Shown here piece by piece: positions 10,507-20,427 of a stretch of DNA of 64,000 nt. The stretch is from NCBI GenBank assembly GCA_047972425.1, contig JBKEAR010000022.1, forward strand, positions 8,371 through 72,370, in the 5' to 3' direction. The DNA comes from Alphaproteobacteria bacterium. Its GTDB lineage: Bacteria > Pseudomonadota > Alphaproteobacteria > JBKEAR01. Each line of letters starts with the position of its first letter. Position 1 is the stretch's first letter. The notes below the pieces were generated by a model that was not told the DNA's origin, did no database searches, and was given only the letters and a program-made list of their open reading frames with translations. Position numbers and translations under genes: made by a program.

Positions 10507-13245
10507 TTGGCAAATAATAAAAAGAATTTCTCGGATAACGATTTTGATCCGTTTGAAGGTAATGAAGAAGAGGGTAATGGTAATGATTATGAAAATAGTT
10601 TTCATGTATATTCTGACGAACAAATACCATTTGCTAAAGAATATTCGGATTACAATATGTCTTCTCCTGAATTAGAGGAAGATATACTTTTTATGAATCA
10701 TCTATCAGATGATCCAGAAGAAACTATGGCAGAAGAAAAGGCTAAGCCTAAAAAAGAAAAAAAGCCAAAAACAAAATCAAAAATCAAAAAACATAATCCG
10801 TTTAGCGGGTTAATTTCGTGGATTTTAGATAGTATATCATGGGTGGTTGGGGTTGCTCTTTTAAGTATTTTACTTTTATTAATTGCGGGTATGCCATTTT
10901 ATCAAAAGGTAAAAACCGATGTATTATCCGAATATAATCCGGTAGAGACACTAAAGGGGCGGCATTATACAACAACATCAAAAATTTATGGTGATAATGG
11001 TGTATTATCTGAAATTGCCGAAGAAAATCGGTTTTATCTCCCTTTAAATAAAATTCCGATGCAAGTACAAAATGCATTTATTGCGACTGAAGACAGCCGA
11101 TTTTATGACCATTTTGGTGCGGACCCTAAAGGGATTATTAAAGCCGTATTAGAAACCGTTGTTGATGGTGATGGCAGGGGAGCTTCGACAATAACACAGC
11201 AGATGGTGAAAAATGAAGTTTTAACGCCAATTGATCCGCAAACAGGTCGAAAGTTAGAGGCCAAAACAACGATTGATAGAAAAATTAAAGAAATTGTGGC
11301 CGCAATCGAAGTCGAAAAATCTTTAACAAAACAACAAATTTTAGAGCAATATCTCAATGGTATTCTATTGGGGCGTTTTCAAACCTATGGGGTTGCTACA
11401 GCGGCACAATATTACTTTAATAAAGAACTACCCGATTTAACCCTTGCGCAATCCGCCTATTTAGCAGGAACACCCAAAGCGCCATCAAATTATGATATTT
11501 GGAGAAATCCGGAGCGGGGTGAAAGCCGTAAAAAAACAGTTATCAACCGCATGCTTGACGATGGATATATTACAAAAGAAGAGGCTGATGCCGCAAAAGA
11601 AGAGCCTTTAGTGCCACAGCGTGTTGCAAAGTCATCGAAGGTTCAATATGCAGGGTATTTTGCAGCGGCTGTTCGCCAAAATCTGTTGAATATATCTAAA
11701 AAACAAGGGTTTAATGAAGACGGATTGACTGTTTATACCACTATTAATTCCCAGCTTCAAGAATATGCTTATAATGCCCTAAGAAATGGTCTTGTTAATT
11801 ATGATCGCCGCCGTGGATGGCGAGGTGCAGGCCGAAATATTCCTTTAATTGATGAAAATGGTCGCCAAATTAATTGGATTGAACAATTAGATAATACAAA
11901 ACTTGTAGGAATTGGAGATTGGGAAAAAGCTATAGTCTTATCAATGGGCTCAAACCAAGCCACATTGGGCTTTGTCGATGGTTCCAACGGTGTTTTAGAT
12001 GCCGAAGGAATAAAATGGACTGGTCAATCATTATCGAAAGTTATTAAAGAAGGTGATATTGTTGCTGTAACGCTACTTGATCAAAATCGGTATGAGCTTC
12101 AGCAAATTCCGGCGGTATCTGGTGCTTTAGTTGCAATGGATCCAAATACAGGTAAAATATTAGCCCTACAAGGTGGTTTTGGTTACGATGCAAATGGCGG
12201 CGCTTATAATCGGGCAACTGATGCATGGCGGCAACCGGGGTCATCCTTTAAGCCTTATGTTTATTTGGCGGCGATGGAAAACGGATATACACCAGCAACT
12301 AATGTGGTGGATCAACCGATACGCTATGGCGATTGGGAGCCAAAGAACTATGGGGGTGATTTTAAAGGGCAAATGACTTTTAGAAGAGCATTATGTTTAT
12401 CCAGAAATACACCAACAGTCCAAATAGGTGAGGCTGTAGGTATGCCCAAGGTTGCAGATACAGTAAAACGCTTAGGTGTTATTACCAACGAAAAAGAACT
12501 TACAGCAATATCACAACAGCTTTCGGCAACATTAGGTTCGCAAGAAGTTACACCTTTGCGCATGGCGATGGGATATTCGCAAATTGTCAATGGTGGCCGC
12601 AAAATAACCCCAGCTTTAATTGATCGTATTCAAGATTTATCGGGTAAAATTGTTTATCGCCATGATAGCCGAGAATGTGCAACATGTAATCAAACGGATT
12701 ATGATGGTAGTGCCATGCCATATATTGCCGATGAACGTGAGCAAGTGCTTGACCCTATTGCAGCATTTCAGGTAGCAACTATATTAAGATGCGTGGTTAC
12801 AAATGGTACAGCAACTCGCGTTGGGCGAGAGCTTGATTTTCCGGTAGCAGGTAAAACGGGTACAACCAATGATGAAAAAGATGCATGGTTTGTCGGCTTT
12901 ACCCCCGATTTAGTTGTTGCGGTTTATGTTGGTTTTGACCAACCAAGAAAATTAGGGCGTGGAATGACCGGTGGGCAATTAGCAGCACCGATATTTATTG
13001 ATTTCATGCGTGAGGCTCTTAAAGGCCATGAAAAAACGCCATTCCGCGTTCCCGAAGGAGCAACAATGATGTATGTGAGTGATAGTGGTTGGCCAACTTA
13101 TAGTCGCGAAGGGCATTTAACGGCATTTAAACCGGGTACCGAACCTGTGAATGGCCCGCAGATGCTCAGCGGAGGCTCTGCTATGATTTATGATGATCCG
13201 TCATCAAATGGTGCTGTAACTCAGGCAACCGGTGGGTTGTGGTAA
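10507..13245 (+). CDS. mrcA: Class A penicillin-binding protein 1A
   Basis: Transglycosylase EDSRFYDHFG, GASTITQQ, RKIKE; transpeptidase QPGSSFKP, SRN, KTGT; TTG start after AGGA. Confidence 0.95.
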   Translation: MANNKKNFSDNDFDPFEGNEEEGNGNDYENSFHVYSDEQIPFAKEYSDYNMSSPELEEDILFMNHLSDDPEETMAEEKAKPKKEKKPKTKSKIKKHNPFSGLISWILDSISWVVGVALLSILLLLIAGMPFYQKVKTDVLSEYNPVETLKGRHYTTTSKIYGDNGVLSEIAEENRFYLPLNKIPMQVQNAFIATEDSRFYDHFGADPKGIIKAVLETVVDGDGRGASTITQQMVKNEVLTPIDPQTGRKLEAKTTIDRKIKEIVAAIEVEKSLTKQQILEQYLNGILLGRFQTYGVATAAQYYFNKELPDLTLAQSAYLAGTPKAPSNYDIWRNPERGESRKKTVINRMLDDGYITKEEADAAKEEPLVPQRVAKSSKVQYAGYFAAAVRQNLLNISKKQGFNEDGLTVYTTINSQLQEYAYNALRNGLVNYDRRRGWRGAGRNIPLIDENGRQINWIEQLDNTKLVGIGDWEKAIVLSMGSNQATLGFVDGSNGVLDAEGIKWTGQSLSKVIKEGDIVAVTLLDQNRYELQQIPAVSGALVAMDPNTGKILALQGGFGYDANGGAYNRATDAWRQPGSSFKPYVYLAAMENGYTPATNVVDQPIRYGDWEPKNYGGDFKGQMTFRRALCLSRNTPTVQIGEAVGMPKVADTVKRLGVITNEKELTAISQQLSATLGSQEVTPLRMAMGYSQIVNGGRKITPALIDRIQDLSGKIVYRHDSRECATCNQTDYDGSAMPYIADEREQVLDPIAAFQVATILRCVVTNGTATRVGRELDFPVAGKTGTTNDEKDAWFVGFTPDLVVAVYVGFDQPRKLGRGMTGGQLAAPIFIDFMREALKGHEKTPFRVPEGATMMYVSDSGWPTYSREGHLTAFKPGTEPVNGPQMLSGGSAMIYDDPSSNGAVTQATGGLW

Positions 13246-13262
13246 AAGGATAATATATAAAC

Positions 13263-14367
13263 ATGCGTGCAGAATTTGTTAATATAAGCGAAGATATCAA
13301 GCGATCAACTGAATTGCTAAGGGGGGCGCTTTGACTATGACCAAGCTGTTTTGCGCCTAGATGAACTGAATAGTTTAATTGAAGACCCCGATTTTTGGAA
13401 TGACGCAGCAAAAGCTAAAGATATCATGCAAGAGCGTAATCGGTTGGAATCTGGGATTCAGGCAGTTAATGAGCTTGAGCAAGGATTAAAAGATAATATA
13501 GAGCTTATTGAGCTTGGTGAGTTAGAAGGCGATGAGGAAATTATTTCTGAAGCCGGAGAAGCCTTAGAAAAATTAAAAGAAGTAGCTGATTTGGCAGAGT
13601 TTAATGCATTACTTTCGGGTGAGGCTGATCATTCTAATAGTTTTTTAGAGATACATTCTGGTGCGGGCGGAACAGAAGCCCAAGATTGGGTTGCGATGGT
13701 TTTGCGTATGTATATTCGTTTTGCGGAGCGCCATGGATATAATGTTGCTGTAATGGAAGAAAGTAGCGGCGATGAAGCTGGGTTAAAATCAGCAACAATT
13801 AAAGTTTCTGGCGAAAATGCTTATGGTTGGTTAAAGACCGAAAGCGGTGTGCATCGTTTAGTGCGTATTTCTCCGTTCGATTCAAATGCAAGGCGACATA
13901 CGAGCTTTTGCTCTGTTGGTGTGTATCCGGAAATTGATGATAATATTGAAGTGGATATTAAAGAAGAAGATGTGCGTGTGGATACGTATCGGGCATCAGG
14001 TGCGGGTGGACAGCATGTGAATAAAACGGAATCAGCCGTTCGGTTAACCCATGCACCAACAGGCATTGTGGTTCAGTGCCAAAATGATCGTTCGCAACAT
14101 AAAAACCGTGCGGCCGCATGGAGTATGTTGCGGGCACGCTTATATGAGTTAGAGTTACAAAAAAGAGAAGAAGCTGCAGCTGAGGAACATGCCCAAAAAA
14201 CCGATATCGGTTGGGGGCATCAAATTCGCTCTTATGTGTTACATCCTTACCAAATGGTGAAAGATTTACGTACAAACATCGAAACTTCTGATACGGGGGG
14301 GGTTTTAGACGGTAAATTAGATGCTTTTATTCAAGGGGCTTTGGCGCAAAAAGTTTATAAAACTTAA
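13263..14367 (+). CDS. prfB: Peptide chain release factor 2 (+1 programmed frameshift)
   Basis: ATG 13263 reads [23 protein letters not shown] then CTT TGA C; the +1 frame continues [12 protein letters not shown]; SPF and GGQ motifs downstream. Confidence 0.97.
13320..13335 (+). promoter_or_regulatory. RF2 autoregulatory frameshift site
   Basis: AGGGGG internal Shine-Dalgarno, 3 nt spacer, CTT-TGA-C. Confidence 0.95.
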
Positions 14368-14390
14368 AGCGCCGTAACCTTAATAAAAAG

Positions 14391-15542
14391 TTATTCTGGT
14401 AAAGCTTTCAGATAAATCTCTTTAGCCATTTTTGCATCAATTTTCTGATCTTCACCGATATTATATGGGTGCTGTAAACGTAAATTGGCAACCAATTCAT
14501 CAATTTGATCTTCGGTAACATAATCGGGTAAACGGATAGGCGAACCTAAGGCCATGAAAAAGGCCTCGATTTGTTGAACAACATCTTCCCCCTTGATTTT
14601 TCCACTCATGCCCAAAACCTCTTTTGTATAGGTTTTTAGTTTTGCTTCTTTAATATTCATGCGCACACGGAAAAGGGCAGGCATAATCATCGATAAACTA
14701 GCCCCATGGTCTATTCCATATTTGGCGGTTAATTCATGGCCAAGCATGTGGGTAGCCCAATCTTCATCTACCCCTAAACCCAATTGTTGGTTTAAAGCTA
14801 ATGTCGCGGTATACATTATCTGAGAGCGCAGATTATAATCCGTTGGGTTCGATACCAATAATAATCCGCATTCATGGAGTGTTTTTAATAAGGCCTCGGC
14901 CATATGGTCCTGAATAGGTGTGTCTTTTCGCACAACCATATATTGCTCCATAATGTGAACATAAGCATCAACAATTCCGTTTATTGTTTGTTTTAATGGG
15001 AGAGAATATGTTGTTTCGGGATCTAAAATAGCAAAATCAGGCCGAACAGCATCATTGTGAAAAGGTGTCTTTTTACCAAATTCTCTACGGGAGATAACTG
15101 CCGATGGATTAGACTCTGAGCCAGTAGCTGGTAATGTTAATATGGTTGATAATGGTATAGCCTTTGTGATGTTAGAGCCAAAAGCTTCCATAATTTCCCA
15201 TGGTTCACCTTCAAAAACCGCTGCTGCTGCAATAAATTTTGTTCCATCAAGTACCGAACCACCGCCAACTGCTAATAAGTAATCGATATTTTCATCCTTA
15301 ACTATTTTTACGGCTTTCATTAAGGTTTCATATTCTGGGTTGGGCTCTATGCCGCCAAATTCAGTAAAATCATGATTTTTTAAAGCCGATTTCACTTGAT
15401 CCATCACACCATTTTTAAAAATACTACCACCGCCATAAGTAATGAGTATTTTTTTATTTTTTGGTATTAAATTAGCAATTCGCGCAATTGTACCTTTACC
15501 AAATACAAGACGGGTTGGGTTATAATATTCAAAATTATACAT
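14391..15542 (-). CDS. Iron-containing alcohol/aldehyde reductase (YqhD/BdhA-like)
   Basis: NPTRLVFGKG, YGGGS, GGIEPNP, GGGSVLDGTK, ATGSE, DWATHMLGHELTA. Confidence 0.92.
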   Translation of the reverse strand: MYNFEYYNPTRLVFGKGTIARIANLIPKNKKILITYGGGSIFKNGVMDQVKSALKNHDFTEFGGIEPNPEYETLMKAVKIVKDENIDYLLAVGGGSVLDGTKFIAAAAVFEGEPWEIMEAFGSNITKAIPLSTILTLPATGSESNPSAVISRREFGKKTPFHNDAVRPDFAILDPETTYSLPLKQTINGIVDAYVHIMEQYMVVRKDTPIQDHMAEALLKTLHECGLLLVSNPTDYNLRSQIMYTATLALNQQLGLGVDEDWATHMLGHELTAKYGIDHGASLSMIMPALFRVRMNIKEAKLKTYTKEVLGMSGKIKGEDVVQQIEAFFMALGSPIRLPDYVTEDQIDELVANLRLQHPYNIGEDQKIDAKMAKEIYLKALPE

Positions 15543-15653
15543 TCTTCTCCTCCTTTCAAAAAAACTTATATCTCCAATATAGTCTTAGATAATCGACTTG
15601 TGAAGTCTATTAAAAATGTTTATATTATCCACAGATAATATAAGGATTACTTC

Positions 15654-17030
15654 ATGTTTGCTCAATATATTGAAAATGAAAAAAAAAGTATTTTAGAACG
15701 TTTATTTGAATGTTTGCGGATAGCAAGTATTTCGGCAGATTCACAATATAGAGATACATGTCTCAAACAAGCAAATTGGCTTATAGAGCTTTTTGAGCGT
15801 TGGGGATATCAGGCTGAGCTGTGGCAAGCGGATGTAGCCGATGGTTTACCGACCGTGTTTGCGCAAAATGAGCAAATAGATGGTCGCCCAACGATATTAT
15901 TTTATGGCCACTACGATGTGCAACCTGTTGACCCGATTACATTATGGGATAGCGATCCGTTTGAGCCGATTATTAAAGATAATTATATCTTTGCCCGCGG
16001 TGCTAATGATGATAAAGGGCAGCTATTTACATTTTTAGAAGCATTACATGCTTTTGATATTGTCGGAAATTCCCTTAATCTTAATATTAAAATTTTCTTA
16101 GAGGGAGAGGAGGAATCCGGTAGCCCGTCGTTAAAAGGGATACTAGATAGCCATAAAAATCAGCTTGCCTGCGATGTTGTTTTAGTGAGTGATGTTGATA
16201 TGTGGTCGCCAACCCAGCCGGCATTTACCACAATGCTTAAAGGTAAAGCGGCTTTTGAAGTTACGTTAACAGGTCCTATACGCGATTTACATTCAGGTTT
16301 ATACGGCGGCCCGGTCTCCAACCCAGCAGTAATTTTATCACGAATAATTGGTAAAATGTTCGATGATAATAATCATGTATTAATTCCCGGATTTTATGAT
16401 GATATTAAGGAAATAGATGCAAATATTAAACAAAATTGGGCACCGTTAAATGAACATCTCTTAAAAAACATGGCCGATGTCGGTATGACTGTTCCTGGAG
16501 GTGAGAAAGGTTATACAGCATTAGAGCAAAATTGGTGTCGCCCAACATTAGAGATTAACGGCTTAACATCGGGCTATCAAGGAGAGGGTGGTAAAACCAT
16601 TATTCCTTCTAAAGCCAGTGCAAAAATTAGTTGTCGGTTGGTTGAGGGGCAGGATCCTAATAAAATATTGAAATCATTTCATGAGTTTTTCCATAAACAT
16701 TGCCCTACAGATATTAAAGTTAATTTTGAAGGTGAAGCTGGTGCAAGAGCTTTTGTTGTGGATCATAATGATCCGTTTGTCCAAAAGGCAAAGAATGCTT
16801 TGGATGATATATTTAAAGATGAATGTTTGCTTATTGGTTGTGGGGCATCTATACCGGCTGCAATAGATTTAAAAGAAATAACCAATGCACCGATTATTTT
16901 GGGTGGTTGGGGGCAGCCATCGGATGCGATACATGCACCCAATGAAAATTATAGCTTAGGTCGATTTTTTAAAGGAATTGAGGGCTGGGGAGCCATTTTA
17001 CAAGCTTTTGAGAAGAAGGAAATTTTATAA
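15654..17030 (+). CDS. M20-family dipeptidase
   Basis: YGHYDVQP, ARGANDDKGQ, EGEEESGS, DLHSG, IHAPNE. Confidence 0.92.
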   Translation: MFAQYIENEKKSILERLFECLRIASISADSQYRDTCLKQANWLIELFERWGYQAELWQADVADGLPTVFAQNEQIDGRPTILFYGHYDVQPVDPITLWDSDPFEPIIKDNYIFARGANDDKGQLFTFLEALHAFDIVGNSLNLNIKIFLEGEEESGSPSLKGILDSHKNQLACDVVLVSDVDMWSPTQPAFTTMLKGKAAFEVTLTGPIRDLHSGLYGGPVSNPAVILSRIIGKMFDDNNHVLIPGFYDDIKEIDANIKQNWAPLNEHLLKNMADVGMTVPGGEKGYTALEQNWCRPTLEINGLTSGYQGEGGKTIIPSKASAKISCRLVEGQDPNKILKSFHEFFHKHCPTDIKVNFEGEAGARAFVVDHNDPFVQKAKNALDDIFKDECLLIGCGASIPAAIDLKEITNAPIILGGWGQPSDAIHAPNENYSLGRFFKGIEGWGAILQAFEKKEIL

Positions 17031-18173
17031 ATGACACCACAAATTAAACTTCAGAAAATGGCAGAATGTGCAGATAATTTTTTAAAAAATGATGTTTTCC
17101 CTAAATGGATTAATGAAGGTGTGTTTACCGATAATAGAGGCTTTGTAGAAGAGTTTGATTTAAAAACAGGAAAGCCAGCTTTACAATCTTTTCGGCGGTT
17201 ACGGGTACAAGGTCGGCAAACATGGGCTTTTGCGACTGCAGCAACAGCCGGATATGACCCAGAGAAAAATTTACAAGCAGCCAAATATGGTTGGCAAGCG
17301 ATTACAACACAATTTGCCCTTTCGGGTGGTGGTTTTATGCATTCGGTTGATGTAAACGGGCAGCCCCTTAATGAAGAATGTTTTTTATATGAGCAAGCCT
17401 TTGTTCTATTAGGTGCGGCAGGTCTATATGGAGCCACAAAAGATGAGCAATATTTAACCGAAGCTAAAAATTTATATAGCTGGATTAATGGAAATATGAA
17501 AGCTGAAGAAGGGTTTTATACAAGTTATGGCAACCCAACCGAACCACGCCAACAAAATCCGCATATGCATTTATTTGAAGCTTTAATGGAGCTTTATACC
17601 GTAAGTGATAATAAATATTGGTTAGATGAGGCTTCTAAAATTTACACTCTTTATCAAAAATATTTTTATGATTCCAAATATAAGCTATTGCGCGAATTTT
17701 TTAAAGCTGATTGGAAAGCTTACTACCCCATAAAAGGGGATAGTATTGAGCCCGGCCATAATTTTGAGTGGGTATGGTTACTCAACCATTACAGAAAATT
17801 AGCGCAAATAGATGATAAAACCAAAAATGATTTATATGCATTTGCCCTAAAAACAACCAATGATAATAGCTTTGGTTATGATGAATGTGACCCCAAAGGT
17901 AAAATTATTCGTAAAACATCGCGTTTATGGGTTCAGACCGAGGAACTTAAAGCCAATTTAGCTCAATATGAGGTTACTTCTGAAGATGTTTTTATTGAGC
18001 GTGCCGAACAATGCTTAGATAATATATTCACCTATTATTTAAGAGATAACGGATTATGGGGGGATCAGCTAGATGATAAGCTAAATGAGCTATCGGCTAT
18101 TACACCGGCGAGTACTTTTTATCATATCTATTTAGCTTTTGCCGAGGTTATGCGTGTAGCTAAGCTCAATTAA
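17031..18173 (+). CDS. AGE-family epimerase/isomerase (possible mannose-6-phosphate isomerase)
   Basis: RLRVQGRQ, LYEQAF, QNPHMHLFEA, EPGHNFEW, RLWVQTE, PASTFYH. Confidence 0.88.
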   Translation: MTPQIKLQKMAECADNFLKNDVFPKWINEGVFTDNRGFVEEFDLKTGKPALQSFRRLRVQGRQTWAFATAATAGYDPEKNLQAAKYGWQAITTQFALSGGGFMHSVDVNGQPLNEECFLYEQAFVLLGAAGLYGATKDEQYLTEAKNLYSWINGNMKAEEGFYTSYGNPTEPRQQNPHMHLFEALMELYTVSDNKYWLDEASKIYTLYQKYFYDSKYKLLREFFKADWKAYYPIKGDSIEPGHNFEWVWLLNHYRKLAQIDDKTKNDLYAFALKTTNDNSFGYDECDPKGKIIRKTSRLWVQTEELKANLAQYEVTSEDVFIERAEQCLDNIFTYYLRDNGLWGDQLDDKLNELSAITPASTFYHIYLAFAEVMRVAKLN

Positions 18174-19354
18174 TCATTAACTATTGGTAATTGTATACTC
18201 ACAGCAGCCTGAGCGGCTAGCCCCTCAGAACGGCCAGTAAACCCAAGTTTTTCGGTTGTTGTGGCTTTTACGCTAACCCTTGATACAGAAATATTCATAA
18301 TTTCGGCAATCTTTTTACGCATTTCATCGCGAATAGGGGTGATTTTGGGGCGTTCACCTATGATGGTTAAATCTACATTAATAATTTTTCCACCTAATTT
18401 ATTTAATCTTTCGCAGGCATAAATTAAAAATTGGTCAGAGGCTGCACCTTTCCATTGGTTATCAGAAGGTGGAAAATGAGAACCTATATCGCCATCGGCC
18501 ATTGCTCCAAATAGGGCATCGGTAATGGCATGGAGTGCCACATCGGCATCAGAATGGCCTTTGAGTGTTTTTTCAAATGCTAACTTTATACCTCCAAGCC
18601 ATAAATGATCACCTGTAGCAAAAGCATGAACGTCAAAACCTGTCCCTATACGTGTTTCATAAATCATCTCATATTCTCTTTCGTCTTTAGGTATATCATC
18701 GATATAAGTTATTTTTTTATTATCTTTGCTACCCATAATTGTCGCAATATCATAACCTTCGGCTTCAAAAATAGCGGCATCATCGGTGAATTGTTTACCT
18801 TTTTGGTTTTTATGTGCCGTATAAATTTCGGGCCAATGAAAGGCCTGTGGTGTTTGTGCACGCTTATAAAACTCACGCGGTATTGTACTTACAATGATAC
18901 CATCCTTTGTAACTTCCTTAATCGTATCGGTAATATCAAGGGTAGGGATAACGCCTAAGCAGTCCTTTAAGCGGTCTTGTAGGCGGTATAAAATATCATC
19001 ACTTATCCAAATACGAGCAGCATCGTGAATGTAAATATAATCAGGGTTGATATCTAAGTTTTTGATGGATTCTAAAGCACAATAAACAGAATCTTGGCGT
19101 TCCTTACCACCAAAAACAGGCGGTAATAAATTAGGTGCATCTTTTATTGCTTCATTATAATATTTTTGATGATCAGGATGAATAGCCACCAGAATCGCAT
19201 CAAAAAGACCGCTATCGTTTAGGCGATCAATCACATGGCGTAATATTACCTTGTTTTTATACATATAATATTGCTTGGGTAAACTATCACCAAAACGGCT
19301 TCCACTACCAGCAGCAACAAGGATTGCTATATTTTTATACAATTTTTTTTGCAT
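18170..19354 (-). CDS. ispDF: Bifunctional IspD/IspF
   Basis: AAGSGSRFG..PKQY, IHDAAR, QTPQAF; then GFDVHAF, GHSDADVALHA, VKATTTEKLGFTGR. Confidence 0.96.
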   Translation of the reverse strand: MQKKLYKNIAILVAAGSGSRFGDSLPKQYYMYKNKVILRHVIDRLNDSGLFDAILVAIHPDHQKYYNEAIKDAPNLLPPVFGGKERQDSVYCALESIKNLDINPDYIYIHDAARIWISDDILYRLQDRLKDCLGVIPTLDITDTIKEVTKDGIIVSTIPREFYKRAQTPQAFHWPEIYTAHKNQKGKQFTDDAAIFEAEGYDIATIMGSKDNKKITYIDDIPKDEREYEMIYETRIGTGFDVHAFATGDHLWLGGIKLAFEKTLKGHSDADVALHAITDALFGAMADGDIGSHFPPSDNQWKGAASDQFLIYACERLNKLGGKIINVDLTIIGERPKITPIRDEMRKKIAEIMNISVSRVSVKATTTEKLGFTGRSEGLAAQAAVSIQLPIVND

Positions 19355-19416
19355 TTACTGCCTATTTTCCAATCAAATGCTTGCCTTTTTTTGTGTTTTG
19401 CACGATATTTAATCAC

Positions 19417-20427
19417 ATGACAAAAAAAATGCAACTTAACAAAATAGAATTTGGTTCGGTTATCATCGAAAAACCCATATTACTTGCCCCTATGGCAGGT
19501 GTAACGGATAGACCGATGCGTAAAATCGTAAGAGATTACGGTGTTGGTCTATGTTATTCGGAAATGATTGCAAGTCAAGCAATGGTTCGTGCCAATGATA
19601 AAACATTAAAAATGTCGGAAGCAGCTGACGATGATGGACCACTGGCTATTCAGTTGGCAGGGAGTGACCCCAAAATTATGGCCGAGGCCGCAAAAATGAA
19701 TGCGGATCGGGGGGCGTGCCTAATTGATATGAATTGTGGGTGCCCTGTTAAAAAAATTGTTAAAGGCATTGCAGGCTCGGCATTATTACAGGATATCGAT
19801 TTGGCGGCACGTAATATAGAGGCTATGGTCAAGGCTGTGGATATTCCTGTAACAATAAAAATGCGTTTAGGCTGGGATTACGAAAATATTAATGCGGATA
19901 AATTAGCCTATTTAGCCCAAGAGGCTGGGGCATCGATGGTTACAGTACATGGTCGAACACGCCAACAATTTTATAATGGTACAGCAAATTGGCAAATGAT
20001 TAAAAAAGTTGTTGATGCAGTAAAAATTCCGGTTGTTGCTAATGGTGATATATTCACGCCACAAGATGCTAAAAAAGCTTTAGAAGATTCAGGAGCTGCC
20101 GGGGTAATGGTGGCCAGAGGCATATATGGTAAGCCATGGTTACCGGCTTATATCATCCATTATTTGGAGCGTGGTGAGATTTTAGAAGAGCCAGATTTAG
20201 CCCATAAATACAAATTGATACTCGCACATTTTGAAGCAATGGTTACACATTATGGTGATGTTGCTGGTGTACGGATGTCGCGAAAACATATGGGCTGGTA
20301 TTCAAAAGGATTACGGGAATCAGCCGATTTTCGCCGGCGCATCAATAAGTTAAAAGATGCAAATGAAGTGAGAGATGAGCTTCATCGGTATTTTGAGGAA
20401 CAATTAAACATGCAGGCAACCCTATGA
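19417..20427 (+). CDS. dusB: tRNA-dihydrouridine synthase B (NifR3)
   Basis: LAPMAGVTD, DMNCGCPVKK, TVHGRTR; precedes ntrBC; start moved to ATG 19417 (or 19429) to avoid overlap with ispDF. Confidence 0.95.
   Translation: MTKKMQLNKIEFGSVIIEKPILLAPMAGVTDRPMRKIVRDYGVGLCYSEMIASQAMVRANDKTLKMSEAADDDGPLAIQLAGSDPKIMAEAAKMNADRGACLIDMNCGCPVKKIVKGIAGSALLQDIDLAARNIEAMVKAVDIPVTIKMRLGWDYENINADKLAYLAQEAGASMVTVHGRTRQQFYNGTANWQMIKKVVDAVKIPVVANGDIFTPQDAKKALEDSGAAGVMVARGIYGKPWLPAYIIHYLERGEILEEPDLAHKYKLILAHFEAMVTHYGDVAGVRMSRKHMGWYSKGLRESADFRRRINKLKDANEVRDELHRYFEEQLNMQATL

Noticed and set aside
10438-10623. 61-aa hydrophobic minus-strand ORF
   Set aside because: Antisense to the acidic PBP1A N-terminus; its composition is explained by that
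14295-14302. Homopolymer runs (G8 in prfB; also A9 in hflX near 29342)
   Set aside because: In frame within conserved housekeeping genes; no evidence of phase variation
18650-18700. Possible internal RBS plus ATG (18667) at the IspD/IspF junction
   Set aside because: The purine-rich linker also encodes KDEREYEM and is not a clear Shine-Dalgarno; fused IspDF is normal in alphaproteobacteria
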